This document shows positions 7,329 through 17,017 of a DNA stretch of 38,727 nucleotides, in pieces (the stretch's first letter is position 1; every line of letters starts with the position of its first letter). The notes beneath the pieces are model-generated. The model did not search any database. It was not told the origin of the DNA and saw only the letters and a program-made list of their open reading frames with translations. Source of the stretch: a virus. Lineage: Duplodnaviria > Caudoviricetes. The stretch lies in the IMG/VR virus record IMGVR_UViG_3300044505_000030, positions 1 through 38,727 of that record, one strand, 5' to 3'. The position numbers and the translations under genes were made by a program.

Positions 7329-8673
7329 GTGGCTCGCCTACCGCAAGGCGGGCTTTGCACCTGCTGCGCATCAGCGGCTGCTGATCCAGCACCTTGAGGC
7401 AGTAGAGCGCGGCGAGATCAGCCGCTTGATGGTGTGCATGCCGCCAGGCTCGGCCAAGAGCACCTACACCAGCGTCGAATTCCCGGCTTGGTTCTCTGGG
7501 CGCAATCCGGCCCTTAGCCTGATCGCCGCCAGTCACACGCAGGAGCTGGCCGAGCGCTTCGGCCGGCGCGTCCGAAACATCGTGGCGAGTCAGGAATTCG
7601 CTGCCGTGTTTGGGTTTGGCGTGGCCGAGGACTCGGCGGCTGCTGGCCGATGGGATAACAGCAAGGGCGGCGAGTACTTCGCGGCTGGTGTTGGCGGGGC
7701 CATCACCGGCCGGCGGGCCGATCTGGCGATCATCGATGACCCGGTGAAGAGCCGCGAGGATGCCGACAGCGACCGCAGTCGCGAGAAGGCCTGGGATTGG
7801 TATGTGAACGACTTCACAACCCGCCTGAAGCCAGGGGCGCGGCAGATCATCGTCATGACGCGCTGGCACGAGGATGACCTGGGCGGGCGCGTGCTGGCTC
7901 GCGAGCGTGACCGCTGGACGGTGCTTGAGCTGCCGATGGAAGCGATGCCTAGCGATCCTCTTGGGCGCAAACCGGGCGAGCGGCTATGGGCTGAATGGTA
8001 CACGGCCGAGATGGTGGCCGAGGCCAAGCGCGACGTGCGGGCCTGGAATGCGCTGTACCAGCAGCAGCCGGCGGCCGAGGATGGCGACTTCTTCAAGCGC
8101 GACTGGATGCTGGAATACGAAGCGGTGCCAAAAGGCCTGCGCATCTATGGCGCCAGCGACTTCGCGGTGACCGCGGACGGCGGGGACTACACGGAACATG
8201 GCGTGTTCGGCTCTGCGCAGGATGGCAGCGTCTACGTGCTGGATTGGTGGCGCGGGCAAGAGGCCGCGGATGCGTGGATCGAGCGCTTGTGCGACCTGAT
8301 ACAAGAGCACGAGCCCCAGTGCTGGTTCGGCGAGTCTGGCCCGATCCGGCGCAGCATCGAGCCATTCCTGCGCCGGCGGATGACCGAGCGACAGGCGCTA
8401 TGCCGCATGGAGTGGCTGCCGAGCATCCATGACAAGCCCACGCGGGCGCGCAACTTTCAAGCGCTGGCGAGCATGGGCAAGGTGCTCTGGCCCAAGCAGG
8501 CGACATGGAAGGCCGATGTTTTAGGCCAGCTCTTGCGCTTCCCGGCCGGGAAGCATGATGATGCTGTTGACGTTTGCGGCCTGCTCGGGCGCGGGCTACA
8601 GTTTGTCGGGGTCGGCAAGCGCAAGACCACGTTAACAATCGCCCAGCCGGTGGCGGGCCAGGAGTACGCATGA
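7237..8673 (+). CDS. terL: Terminase large subunit (start uncertain)
   Basis: Walker A MPPGSAKS, Walker B IIDDP, MTRWHEDD, nuclease HDDAVD. Confidence 0.95.
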   Translation: MNSEAKSPTSLLVPLLSEIDRRLKARESLTEWLAYRKAGFAPAAHQRLLIQHLEAVERGEISRLMVCMPPGSAKSTYTSVEFPAWFSGRNPALSLIAASHTQELAERFGRRVRNIVASQEFAAVFGFGVAEDSAAAGRWDNSKGGEYFAAGVGGAITGRRADLAIIDDPVKSREDADSDRSREKAWDWYVNDFTTRLKPGARQIIVMTRWHEDDLGGRVLARERDRWTVLELPMEAMPSDPLGRKPGERLWAEWYTAEMVAEAKRDVRAWNALYQQQPAAEDGDFFKRDWMLEYEAVPKGLRIYGASDFAVTADGGDYTEHGVFGSAQDGSVYVLDWWRGQEAADAWIERLCDLIQEHEPQCWFGESGPIRRSIEPFLRRRMTERQALCRMEWLPSIHDKPTRARNFQALASMGKVLWPKQATWKADVLGQLLRFPAGKHDDAVDVCGLLGRGLQFVGVGKRKTTLTIAQPVAGQEYA

Positions 8674-8945
8674 GCTTTACCATCTTCGGCTGGACAATCG
8701 ATCAGTGGTGGGCGGTTGGTGTATCTACAGAAGACTTCGTGCGCGCGGCGAACGAGGACAAGGAAGCGCTGAGAGACATGCTGGAACGGAGCCAAAAATG
8801 GCGGTCCTCGCATGGATTCGATCCGCTGAAATCGCCATTGGTGATTCCAGAGCGCCCGTTCTCGTTGCGACCGAAGCATGACGAGGTACGCGCCGAGATC
8901 ATCCGCCAAGCGCAGGACGATGGCCGCACGTTCGGCTTGACCTAA
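8670..8945 (+). CDS. Hypothetical protein
   Basis: ATGA overlap with terL, GGAG RBS. Confidence 0.55.
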   Translation: MSFTIFGWTIDQWWAVGVSTEDFVRAANEDKEALRDMLERSQKWRSSHGFDPLKSPLVIPERPFSLRPKHDEVRAEIIRQAQDDGRTFGLT

Positions 8946-8976
8946 CAGCAAGCACTCACTAACATGCCCGACCCAT

Positions 8977-11286
8977 ATGGCGGGCCAAGACAAGCTAGTG
9001 CAAGCGCGGGAGCGCTATGAAGACGCGTGTGATTTCATGCGCGACAACTGGAACCGGATGCGCGAGGACCTCGCGTTTTCCAATCCAGCCGAGCCTAAGC
9101 AATGGTCCCCTGAGGCGCTGAAAATCCGCAAGGGCCGGCCGTGCTACACCTTTGACGGGACAAACCAGTTCTTGGCGCAGATCGTGAACGATGCGCGCAA
9201 GAACAAGCCCGCAGTCATGGTGATCCCGGTTGACTCCGGCGGCGACAAGTGGACCGCTCAAGTCATCGGGGGGCTGCTGCGGCATATCGAGTACGTGAGC
9301 CGGGCCGATCAGGCGTATGACACGGCCATCGAGCACGCGGCGCGGTGCGGCATTGGCTGGCTGCGGGTTCTCCCGGAGGTGCTAGACCCTGCCCTGAACG
9401 TGCAGGAAATCGTCATCAAGCGCATCGTTGACCCGTTTTCGGTGGTGCTTGATCCGGGGCACACGGCGGCGGATGGCTCGGATGCTCAGCACGGGTTCGT
9501 GACCACGCGCATGACGCATCGGGCATTCCAGAGACAATACCCGAAGAAGAAGCTCGCCGGCTGGCCGGCCGAGAAGAGCGAGCTCTGGGGCGATGACAAG
9601 ACCATCACGGTGTGCGAGTACTTTGCGCTCCGCGAGGAACCCGGCACGCACTTGCGCCTGATGCTTCCTGACGGCAGGACGGTCAGCAAGCCAGAGGGCG
9701 AATACGACGCCTACGAGAAGAAGCTCGGATTCAAGCCGCAGCTTGTCGACAAGTACCAAGGCGTGAAGTATCGGCAGACATGGTGCAAGATGACCGGGGC
9801 GGAAATCCTCGAAGAAACGGAATTCCCGAGCCGGTGGGTGCCGTTGATCCCGGTGCTTGGCGATGAGCTGTGGGTCGATGGCAAGCGCTACCTATCAGGC
9901 ATGGTCCGAAAGATCATGGAAGCGCAGCGGGCCTACAACATCGAGCGCAGTGCGGCCATCGAATACGTGATGATGCAGCCGAAGGCGCCGTTCATGCTGC
10001 CCATTGAGGCAGTTGAGGGGCATGAGGACCACTGGGCCAAGCTCAACACCGGTAACCCGGCATTCCTGCCTTACAACCACCTGAGCAAGGAAAGCGGCGA
10101 GCCGATCCCGCCGCCGAGCAGACAGGCCCCGCCGCCGATGCCTGCTGCGTTCTCGGCCCTCGGGCAGATTGCGCGGCAGGACATGGAAGCCGCGGCCGGG
10201 ATGCATAAGGCCAACCTCGGCCAGCAGGGCAACGAGAGCAGCGGCCGGGCGATCATCGCTCGCCAGCAGGAAGGGGACACGGCCACCTTCCACTACGGCG
10301 ACAACATGACCCGGGCGATTACGCACCTAGGTCGGATCATCGTCGATATGCTGCCTAACATCTACGATGAGCAGCGAACGGCGCGGATCATCAATGAGAA
10401 CGGCAAGCAGGACTTCGTGCAGGTGATCCCGGGGAGCGGCCCGGCTCAACGCGAGGGGGCAAAGGTTCTCACCATTGACCCGACAGCGGGCACCTATGAC
10501 GTGCGGGTTGTCGCGGGGGCGATGCATGCCACGCAGCGGCAGGAAGCTGCGATGGGGCTGGAGAACATCCTGCAGGCCCAGCCGGGGTTCGGGCCGGCGC
10601 TGATTCCGGCTTTGCTCAAGCTGCGCGATATCCCGGATGGGGACAAGTACGCGCGGGCCGCGTCTGCCTTGGCTCCGCCCGAGGTGCGCGCGATCCTGGA
10701 TGGCGATGAGGAGGGCGGCGAGCCGCAGATTCCGCCGCAGGTGCAGGCCAAGATGGAGCAGATGGACCAGCAAATGCAGCAGATGACGCAGATGCTTGAC
10801 GCGGCCGAGAAGCACATTGCCGAGCTGGAATCCAAAGAGCAGCAAGCCCAGGCGAAGCTCGCGCAGGACGCGCAGTTCAAGGAGCTGGATGCTCAGTTGG
10901 CGGCGAAGAAGATCAGCATTGACGAGTTCAATGCCGAAACGGCGCGGCTCAAGCTGCAAGTCGAGGCCGAGGCCAAGATGCGCGAGCAGACCTCGCAGCA
11001 TGAGCTGGCGGCGGGCGAACAGCAGCGCGAGGCCGAGGGCGAGCAGGCCGAGCAGTCGGCAATGCAGGCGATTGCAGATGCTGTGACTGTTGCAGTGCAG
11101 CAGGGGCAGGAGACGAACGCACAGATTGTGCAAGCGCTGGCCGCGATCACGCAGGCGCTGGCTCAATTGCAGGCTGGTGCTGCGCAGGGCGCACAGATGG
11201 CGATGGCGCCGAAGACCAAGCAAGCGACGGCCAAGAAGCTGCCGGATGGAACGTGGCAGCTATCGAGCGTTGAGACGGTGCAGTGA
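8977..11286 (+). CDS. Portal protein, P22 gp1-like, with long C-terminal coiled coil
   Basis: 769 aa after terL; GIGWLRV, SGRAIIARQQEG, YDVRVVAG...TQRQEA motifs; Gln-rich helical tail. Confidence 0.9.
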   Translation: MAGQDKLVQARERYEDACDFMRDNWNRMREDLAFSNPAEPKQWSPEALKIRKGRPCYTFDGTNQFLAQIVNDARKNKPAVMVIPVDSGGDKWTAQVIGGLLRHIEYVSRADQAYDTAIEHAARCGIGWLRVLPEVLDPALNVQEIVIKRIVDPFSVVLDPGHTAADGSDAQHGFVTTRMTHRAFQRQYPKKKLAGWPAEKSELWGDDKTITVCEYFALREEPGTHLRLMLPDGRTVSKPEGEYDAYEKKLGFKPQLVDKYQGVKYRQTWCKMTGAEILEETEFPSRWVPLIPVLGDELWVDGKRYLSGMVRKIMEAQRAYNIERSAAIEYVMMQPKAPFMLPIEAVEGHEDHWAKLNTGNPAFLPYNHLSKESGEPIPPPSRQAPPPMPAAFSALGQIARQDMEAAAGMHKANLGQQGNESSGRAIIARQQEGDTATFHYGDNMTRAITHLGRIIVDMLPNIYDEQRTARIINENGKQDFVQVIPGSGPAQREGAKVLTIDPTAGTYDVRVVAGAMHATQRQEAAMGLENILQAQPGFGPALIPALLKLRDIPDGDKYARAASALAPPEVRAILDGDEEGGEPQIPPQVQAKMEQMDQQMQQMTQMLDAAEKHIAELESKEQQAQAKLAQDAQFKELDAQLAAKKISIDEFNAETARLKLQVEAEAKMREQTSQHELAAGEQQREAEGEQAEQSAMQAIADAVTVAVQQGQETNAQIVQALAAITQALAQLQAGAAQGAQMAMAPKTKQATAKKLPDGTWQLSSVETVQ

Positions 11287-11287
11287 C

Positions 11288-12232
11288 ATGCTGTTCTACC
11301 GTCCGCCGCCGCCGTCAACGGTCATTACCGGATTGGAGTGGCCGGGCAACGAGGCGTCGAACACGCAGCGGGTGCTGACGTTCAACGGCTCGGGCGGTAG
11401 CGCTAGCCCCTTCCCATTCGTCGATACCTCCGCGGGCGGGGCTACGTACATTTTCAAGTGCTACCCGAAAGGGCCAAAGAATGGGGGGATCAACTTCCCC
11501 AACTATTGGACGATTTTCTTCTGGGGCAATTACGGCACATTCTCGGGGAGTGGGCCTAACTTTATTGGGTGTCACCCATACCCATTCGACGGCAACGATG
11601 TCTCGACCGGGCAAAATTGGGAAATCAGCGTCCTTGGTGATGATTACGCCGAAGCTGATGGCGATGCAAACCACGAATGCGCAATTGGGGTGTGGGGCGC
11701 TGGTGGTCCGCCGAGCGAGACGAACAACGGCGCCGCCACAGCATGGAATAGATGGTTCACGGTTGTCGTGCGGGTATTCCGTGTCGATGCGAACACCGTA
11801 CGGCACCAACTCATCTTTGACTGGGACTTATTTGTTAGTTCTAGCGGTGCAAGCGGATGGTTCCAGAAAACCATTAGCAGCGCCATCTGGGGGACAACCG
11901 GGAACGATCCTACTACACCATCCATCGTGATCGGAGAGGCGCCGCCCAACGACGCAAATACGGCATCGTGGGGCAACTATCCTGGACGTGAGCAGTTCAA
12001 GGGCATTATTCGAGGCATCCAGCTATACGACAAGTGCCTTGGCAATCAAGTATACGTCCCGAGCGTTGCTGATCTTGCGCAAATCTCGAGCGAGTTATCC
12101 TCTCCTGGTTCGGTGCGCACGCCTTGGTATCTATGCTTGAATCCGACGCCGAGTAATGTGCAGAGCACGAGCAGCAGTAACCATCCTTGGTTTCCGAGCG
12201 GGAATAAACCCACGCTTTGGACTGGCCCATGA
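11288..12232 (+). CDS. Putative virion-associated beta-rich (lectin/LamG-like) protein
   Basis: G/S/N/W-rich; FKGIIRGIQLYDK resembles the LamG end motif. Confidence 0.5.
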   Translation: MLFYRPPPPSTVITGLEWPGNEASNTQRVLTFNGSGGSASPFPFVDTSAGGATYIFKCYPKGPKNGGINFPNYWTIFFWGNYGTFSGSGPNFIGCHPYPFDGNDVSTGQNWEISVLGDDYAEADGDANHECAIGVWGAGGPPSETNNGAATAWNRWFTVVVRVFRVDANTVRHQLIFDWDLFVSSSGASGWFQKTISSAIWGTTGNDPTTPSIVIGEAPPNDANTASWGNYPGREQFKGIIRGIQLYDKCLGNQVYVPSVADLAQISSELSSPGSVRTPWYLCLNPTPSNVQSTSSSNHPWFPSGNKPTLWTGP

Positions 12233-12903
12233 CGATCAGCAAGGCCTTCCAGAACTTCGCGGGCGGGAACCCCACCGACGTTTCAACAACTTCGGGGACA
12301 TATAACTCCACGGGCTTTACGCACGTCGTTGCGTTTTATAAGCACGAGGGGGCGAATGTATCGGTGACGCCGAGTGCTACGAATGTGGCATCTGGGAATT
12401 GGACGGGAAACACAAGCACCAAAAAGGGCAATAGCGTCAATGACTCGTGGGGCCAGTTCTTTTGGGCCAAGATCGACACGCCTGGGGCTGGGCAGACGAC
12501 AACCATGTCACATTCCACCGTGCCCTTTCGGACGCTAATTGTTTGGCTCATCAATGCCACGAGTGGCGTAATCGCGAAGGTTGACGAGGTTTCTGCGACC
12601 GCAAACAATAGTTCGCCTACGGCGGGGACACTCACGAATGCCGGCGGCGACTCGGTGGTGTCTTTTCACGGCGTTGCCGAATATGCGAGCGTTACATATA
12701 CGGTCGGCTCCGGCTGGACTAAAGACGCTGACACGAACCCGACGAATGCGACATGCGGGCAATCGCGCGGCGCGGAAACAACCGCATCATTTAGCGCAAC
12801 CTGCACATCTAGCCTTTCGATGGATTGGGCATCTGTGGCCGTGATGTTCAAAGAAATTGTTTCTGGCCCATCGCATGGGCTCATGGGGCAAGCATGCTTA
12901 TAG
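12229..12903 (+). CDS. Putative virion-associated T/S/G-rich protein
   Basis: Composition; coupled ORF. Confidence 0.55.
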   Translation: MTISKAFQNFAGGNPTDVSTTSGTYNSTGFTHVVAFYKHEGANVSVTPSATNVASGNWTGNTSTKKGNSVNDSWGQFFWAKIDTPGAGQTTTMSHSTVPFRTLIVWLINATSGVIAKVDEVSATANNSSPTAGTLTNAGGDSVVSFHGVAEYASVTYTVGSGWTKDADTNPTNATCGQSRGAETTASFSATCTSSLSMDWASVAVMFKEIVSGPSHGLMGQACL

Positions 12904-13280
12904 CGACCGACTCCAAGACCAGCCCCGAGGGGGAATTGGTCATCGATCACCGGGCATCCCCGGGGCTGCCACCGCAGATGGCGCAGGCAATCGGGCTCCC
13001 CGCTCAATACCTCGGCGAGGGCCGGATGTATGAGGCGGCGGTCCTCTATTGCCACCATTGCGGGGTGCCGCAGATCAAGAATCTAAACCGCACCCGGCCG
13101 CGGTATTCGTGCGCCGCGTGCGGGATCAAATACGTCTGCGACGTGTGCGCATCGGCTGCGAGTCAGCCGGGGTATGTGCATCGGTCGCTCGAGGAAATCT
13201 CCGATATGATCCGCAGCGGGCGCTGGATCGTTTCGGGTTCAACTTCTGCGCCTGTCCTCACGGAGGTCACTCATGGCTAA
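12894..13280 (+). CDS. Zn-finger-like protein
   Basis: CHHC, CAAC, CDVC. Confidence 0.6.
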   Translation: MLIATDSKTSPEGELVIDHRASPGLPPQMAQAIGLPAQYLGEGRMYEAAVLYCHHCGVPQIKNLNRTRPRYSCAACGIKYVCDVCASAASQPGYVHRSLEEISDMIRSGRWIVSGSTSAPVLTEVTHG

Positions 13281-13785
13281 GCGTAGTTTCCAGGCTGTCA
13301 ACTTCACCCCCACCGCTACGGCCGACACCACGGCCATGGCGAGCTCGACATACATGGCGATCAAGGGTGGATCGGGCACGCAGCGCATCGATGTGCTGGA
13401 TTTCATGATCTCGGGCTTGGCCCCGAGCACGAGTTCACCCACGCTGCTCCAATTCGCGCGGCACTCGACCATTGCAACCACGCCAACGGCGTTGGCTGCT
13501 CCGAACTCTGATGGCCCGACCGACCCGGCAACGGCCGCGTTGGCGGCGCCCCCGGTCACTTTCGTGGCTGCCGCTACCGGCCCGTCGCGCTCGGCGACCA
13601 CCACGGATGCGCGCCTGAACCTCGGCTTCAACGCCCAGGGCGGCCTGCTCCGGTACAACAGCGCCCCGGGGCAGCAGTTCGTGATTCTGGGGAACACGGC
13701 CAACTTTGGCGAGGCGTCGCTTTCTGCCTTCACCGGCGGCACGGTGGGCGCGATCTCAGCGCATATCCTATACGAGCCTTACTAG
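13273..13785 (+). CDS. Putative structural protein
   Basis: A/T/S-rich, GGAGG RBS. Confidence 0.6.
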   Translation: MAKRSFQAVNFTPTATADTTAMASSTYMAIKGGSGTQRIDVLDFMISGLAPSTSSPTLLQFARHSTIATTPTALAAPNSDGPTDPATAALAAPPVTFVAAATGPSRSATTTDARLNLGFNAQGGLLRYNSAPGQQFVILGNTANFGEASLSAFTGGTVGAISAHILYEPY

Positions 13786-14034
13786 ATGGCATCGCCGGAA
13801 AAGTTCGTCGGCGATCTGCGGTCGGCAGTCACCGACATGACAAACGCGTTTCAGCGTGCGGTGGACCTGTGCCAGTTCTGCCAAGTCATGCAATGGGGCG
13901 AATCGGACTTCGCGGGCAAGATCCCGGGCGCTGATCTGACCCCCGCGCAATTGATGGAAGCCGTTGCCACCATCGGAACGCTGGCGCAAGAGTACTCGGC
14001 TGCTGCGCTGGTGTTGGCGCGGCTTAAGGCGTAG
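13786..14034 (+). CDS. Hypothetical protein
   Basis: Abuts previous stop. Confidence 0.6.
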   Translation: MASPEKFVGDLRSAVTDMTNAFQRAVDLCQFCQVMQWGESDFAGKIPGADLTPAQLMEAVATIGTLAQEYSAAALVLARLKA

Positions 14035-14038
14035 CACC

Positions 14039-14584
14039 ATGGATGGCCAGTATTACGTCGATCTGCGGTATCCGCACATCGCTACGGACGTGGCGAGCGT
14101 GACGCTGGCCGCGACAAACAAAGCCCTGTACCCGGCCGCCAACGTGCCCTCGATGGGCAAAGATTACTGGACGGTCGGCAAGGCGGTGCGGATCGAGATT
14201 TTCGGGCGCTGCACCAGTGCGGCGACCCCTGGAAACTTGACGCTCGCCCTGTTCTACGGGACCGGGGCCGATGCGAACGGGACCAGCCTTGCCGCCTCGG
14301 CCGCGACGGCGTGGACGGCTAGCCAAACGAACATGAGCTTCTGGGCTTGGTGGGATGTGCATTGCACGGCCATCGGGTCTTCGGGGGCTCTGTTCGCTAC
14401 TGGCTGGGCGAAGTTCAACGAGGCGGCAATCGCTGCTGGCCTGATGATGCCGGCCACGGCCCCGGCAACGACGACGGTGGACCTGACCGTTGCCTCGAAC
14501 GTGCTGAGCGTTCAAGCGCTGCGGTCCGGTTCCACGGCCGAGACGATGCAACTGCACAAGGTTCGGGTGTTCAGCCTGAACTAG
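14039..14584 (+). CDS. Putative structural beta-sandwich protein
   Basis: A/T-rich; in late operon. Confidence 0.6.
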   Translation: MDGQYYVDLRYPHIATDVASVTLAATNKALYPAANVPSMGKDYWTVGKAVRIEIFGRCTSAATPGNLTLALFYGTGADANGTSLAASAATAWTASQTNMSFWAWWDVHCTAIGSSGALFATGWAKFNEAAIAAGLMMPATAPATTTVDLTVASNVLSVQALRSGSTAETMQLHKVRVFSLN

Positions 14585-14588
14585 GGCC

Positions 14589-16145
14589 GTGGCTGACGTC
14601 ATCCGGCACGGCCCGAAGAATCGGCCGCCTTATGTCGGACGGATTCCGCCGCCATTCGAACAATCGATCGGCGGGCCGCGCGACCCATGCTACGCCTATC
14701 AATGGTGGAGCCGGGACCCGCAGCGGGCAATTGAATTCCTAGCCCCTAACCTGCTGCTGACCGTCTTTTCGGTCGCAACAGCATTGCCGATTGGTGAGGC
14801 GGTCACCAGCCGGCCGGATGTCTACCCGGTTCCGATTGCGGTTCAGTGGGATGCGCCGTTCAATCCGGTGCTGACCACGCTCACGCAGCTGGTCACGATC
14901 CCGAGCGGTGAATCGAGCGAACTCCCGCCCCCGCGGCAGCCGTTCACCGCTGCGGATATCTCGCAGCGCAATGCGCAGCTTTTCGGGCAACCGGTCACTT
15001 TACCGGTTGGCGAAGCGTCCACAGAGCTTCCGCAGGCTCAGGCCCTGTTCCGCCCGGCGGACCAGCAGCCGAACCGGTTCCCGCTGCGGGCGGGCGAGGT
15101 TCGCAGCGCGCAGGTTACCGGCGACGCGAGGGGCGCCGACCCATTCACGCCTGCGGACCTGCAGCAGCGCGCGCCGCAGTTCAATGTCACGGTGGTGGCG
15201 CTGCCGATTGGCGAGGCAGTCACCGAGCGCCCAAGCTACGTTCCGCGGCCGATTGCGCTTGACTGGAACACGGAGCCTTTCAATGCCTCGCTGACCCAGG
15301 CGGTGACGCTCGGCAGCATGCAGATGTCGGGGCTTCAGCCCCCGATCCCGGATTGGGGCGCGCGGTTCGAGCTGACCCAGGGCCGGAACTTCCAGTTATT
15401 CCAGCAGGCCCCGGTCACGTTCCCCGTAGGCGAGGCCAGCACCGACAGGCCTGCGCTACCGCCAGCGTTCACGCCTGCCGACGTACAGCAGCGCGCACAG
15501 CAACTTAAGGCCGGGGAGATCAAGAGCGGGCAGGCGCTGGACGTTCCGGCCGCGGCGCCGCAGTTCCGGGCTGCTGATGTCTACCCGACCCAGATTGCGG
15601 CGCCGGCGCAGCCACAAGTGCGCAGCGGCACGAGCACCGATCTGCCGATCACGCGGCCGCCGTTCTTCGCGGCCGACCTTCGGAATGCGCTGCTCCCGCC
15701 GCTGGAGACGTTCGCGGCGTTCCCGTTCCGGCAGCAGGACTGGCCGCTGCCGTTCCAGCCGCCGCCGATTGACCGGAGCTTCCAGCAAGAGCCGTTTGTC
15801 ATCACGCCGGCCCCTGCTGTTTCCGATGATTTCAACTCCGGCGGCTGGCCCATCTACCGCGGCCGGATGCCGCGCAAGAAACTGCTCGAGGACATCGAGC
15901 GCGAGCGGCAGGCGATTCAGGTTCTAGAGGCCGAGGAAAGCACCCGCGAACGGGCCATTGCCAGGGCCAAAAGCGAGCAGACGCGCGAGCGCGAGCAGGC
16001 CAGGCTTCGCAGGGTCGAGGCTGACCGCCGCGAGCACGAGTCGATGCTGCTCGCCCTCACTCAGGCGCTGGCCGACATCATGCGCGCCGAGCGGGACGCG
16101 GCCGATGAGGAGGAAATCATCGAGCTGTTCCTGCGCCTGATGTGA
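14589..16145 (+). CDS. Pro/Gln-rich internally repeated protein with charged coiled-coil C-terminus
   Basis: Repeats of LP(I/V)GEAxT and PF(T/R)xAD; ends DEEEIIELFLRLM. Confidence 0.7.
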   Translation: MADVIRHGPKNRPPYVGRIPPPFEQSIGGPRDPCYAYQWWSRDPQRAIEFLAPNLLLTVFSVATALPIGEAVTSRPDVYPVPIAVQWDAPFNPVLTTLTQLVTIPSGESSELPPPRQPFTAADISQRNAQLFGQPVTLPVGEASTELPQAQALFRPADQQPNRFPLRAGEVRSAQVTGDARGADPFTPADLQQRAPQFNVTVVALPIGEAVTERPSYVPRPIALDWNTEPFNASLTQAVTLGSMQMSGLQPPIPDWGARFELTQGRNFQLFQQAPVTFPVGEASTDRPALPPAFTPADVQQRAQQLKAGEIKSGQALDVPAAAPQFRAADVYPTQIAAPAQPQVRSGTSTDLPITRPPFFAADLRNALLPPLETFAAFPFRQQDWPLPFQPPPIDRSFQQEPFVITPAPAVSDDFNSGGWPIYRGRMPRKKLLEDIERERQAIQVLEAEESTRERAIARAKSEQTREREQARLRRVEADRREHESMLLALTQALADIMRAERDAADEEEIIELFLRLM

Positions 16146-16149
16146 GCAC

Positions 16150-16178
16150 TTGCCAACGCATAGGTGCTGCTCTATAGT
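16150..16178 (+). promoter_or_regulatory. Sigma70 promoter TTGCCA-17-TATAGT upstream of scaffold/coat
   Basis: Near-consensus hexamers in an intergenic gap, flanked by a repeated motif. Confidence 0.7.
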
Positions 16179-16221
16179 GTAGGCACTCACTTGCGGGAGC
16201 ATCCGCAACGCATGGGGCCAG

Positions 16222-16992
16222 ATGAGCACCGAAACGATCACACCGCCGCCGGCCGCGGAACAAAGCGCCGAGTCCGATCAGCCTAAGCTGGGGGTGGCTT
16301 CCCAGGGTGAGCCGACAGGCGACAAGGCGGATGCCGAGTCAGCCGACGCAGGCGATGGTGACAGTGGGGACCCTCACGAGCGCACCATCAAGAAGCTGCA
16401 ACGGCGCATTGAGCGACTGAGCGGGAAGGTTGGTGCAGCAGCACGCGAGCGAGACATGCTCCGGGAGCAGCTAGCCAGCACCCAACAGGCGACGGGAACT
16501 CAACAGGACGCGGCGGACGGTGACATCGAGGCCAGGGCGCGAGCCAAGGCCCAAGAGCTGGTGACGCAGGACAGGCTTAACGCAAGAGCAGCCGATACCC
16601 TGAAAGCTGGCAAGAAAATCGATGGCTTCACCGAGGCATTGGAAACCCTGCGGGATGAAATTCCGTTCATGGACGAAAAGAAGCGGATTACACCCTTCTT
16701 CGAGGCTATTCTGGACGTGGACAACCCCGCTAAGGTGATTCATTACCTCGGGAGCAACCCCGAAGAGGCTGCGGAGTTTGAAGGCCTGACGCCTGCACAG
16801 ATCGGGCGGCGCCTCGCGAGGCTTGAAATCAAGCTGACCGAAGGCACCAAGGAAAAACCAAGCTCCGCACCGGTGCCTTTAAAGCCCGTGCGGGGGTCGG
16901 CTCCTGATACTGGCGGGCTTGATGAACCGAACATTTCGGATGCGGAGTGGATTCGGCGCAGAGAAAAAGCCCTGCGAGCGCAAAGGAGCTGA
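16222..16992 (+). CDS. Putative scaffolding protein
   Basis: Acidic N-terminus, coiled coil, HYLGSNPEEA motif, immediately before coat. Confidence 0.75.
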   Translation: MSTETITPPPAAEQSAESDQPKLGVASQGEPTGDKADAESADAGDGDSGDPHERTIKKLQRRIERLSGKVGAAARERDMLREQLASTQQATGTQQDAADGDIEARARAKAQELVTQDRLNARAADTLKAGKKIDGFTEALETLRDEIPFMDEKKRITPFFEAILDVDNPAKVIHYLGSNPEEAAEFEGLTPAQIGRRLARLEIKLTEGTKEKPSSAPVPLKPVRGSAPDTGGLDEPNISDAEWIRRREKALRAQRS

Positions 16993-17017
16993 TGCTGACC
17001 CTTGAAAGGGGCGCATC

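Noticed and set aside
8940-8963. ACCTAAC as an attC inverse core
   Set aside because: No L boxes or downstream GTTRRRY partner; better explained by a stop codon and the intergenic motif.
10327-11223. Long antisense ORFs (also 17042-18025, 20166-21011, 24323-25390)
   Set aside because: Shadow frames of GC-rich genes with no motifs, unlike the MTase nested frame.
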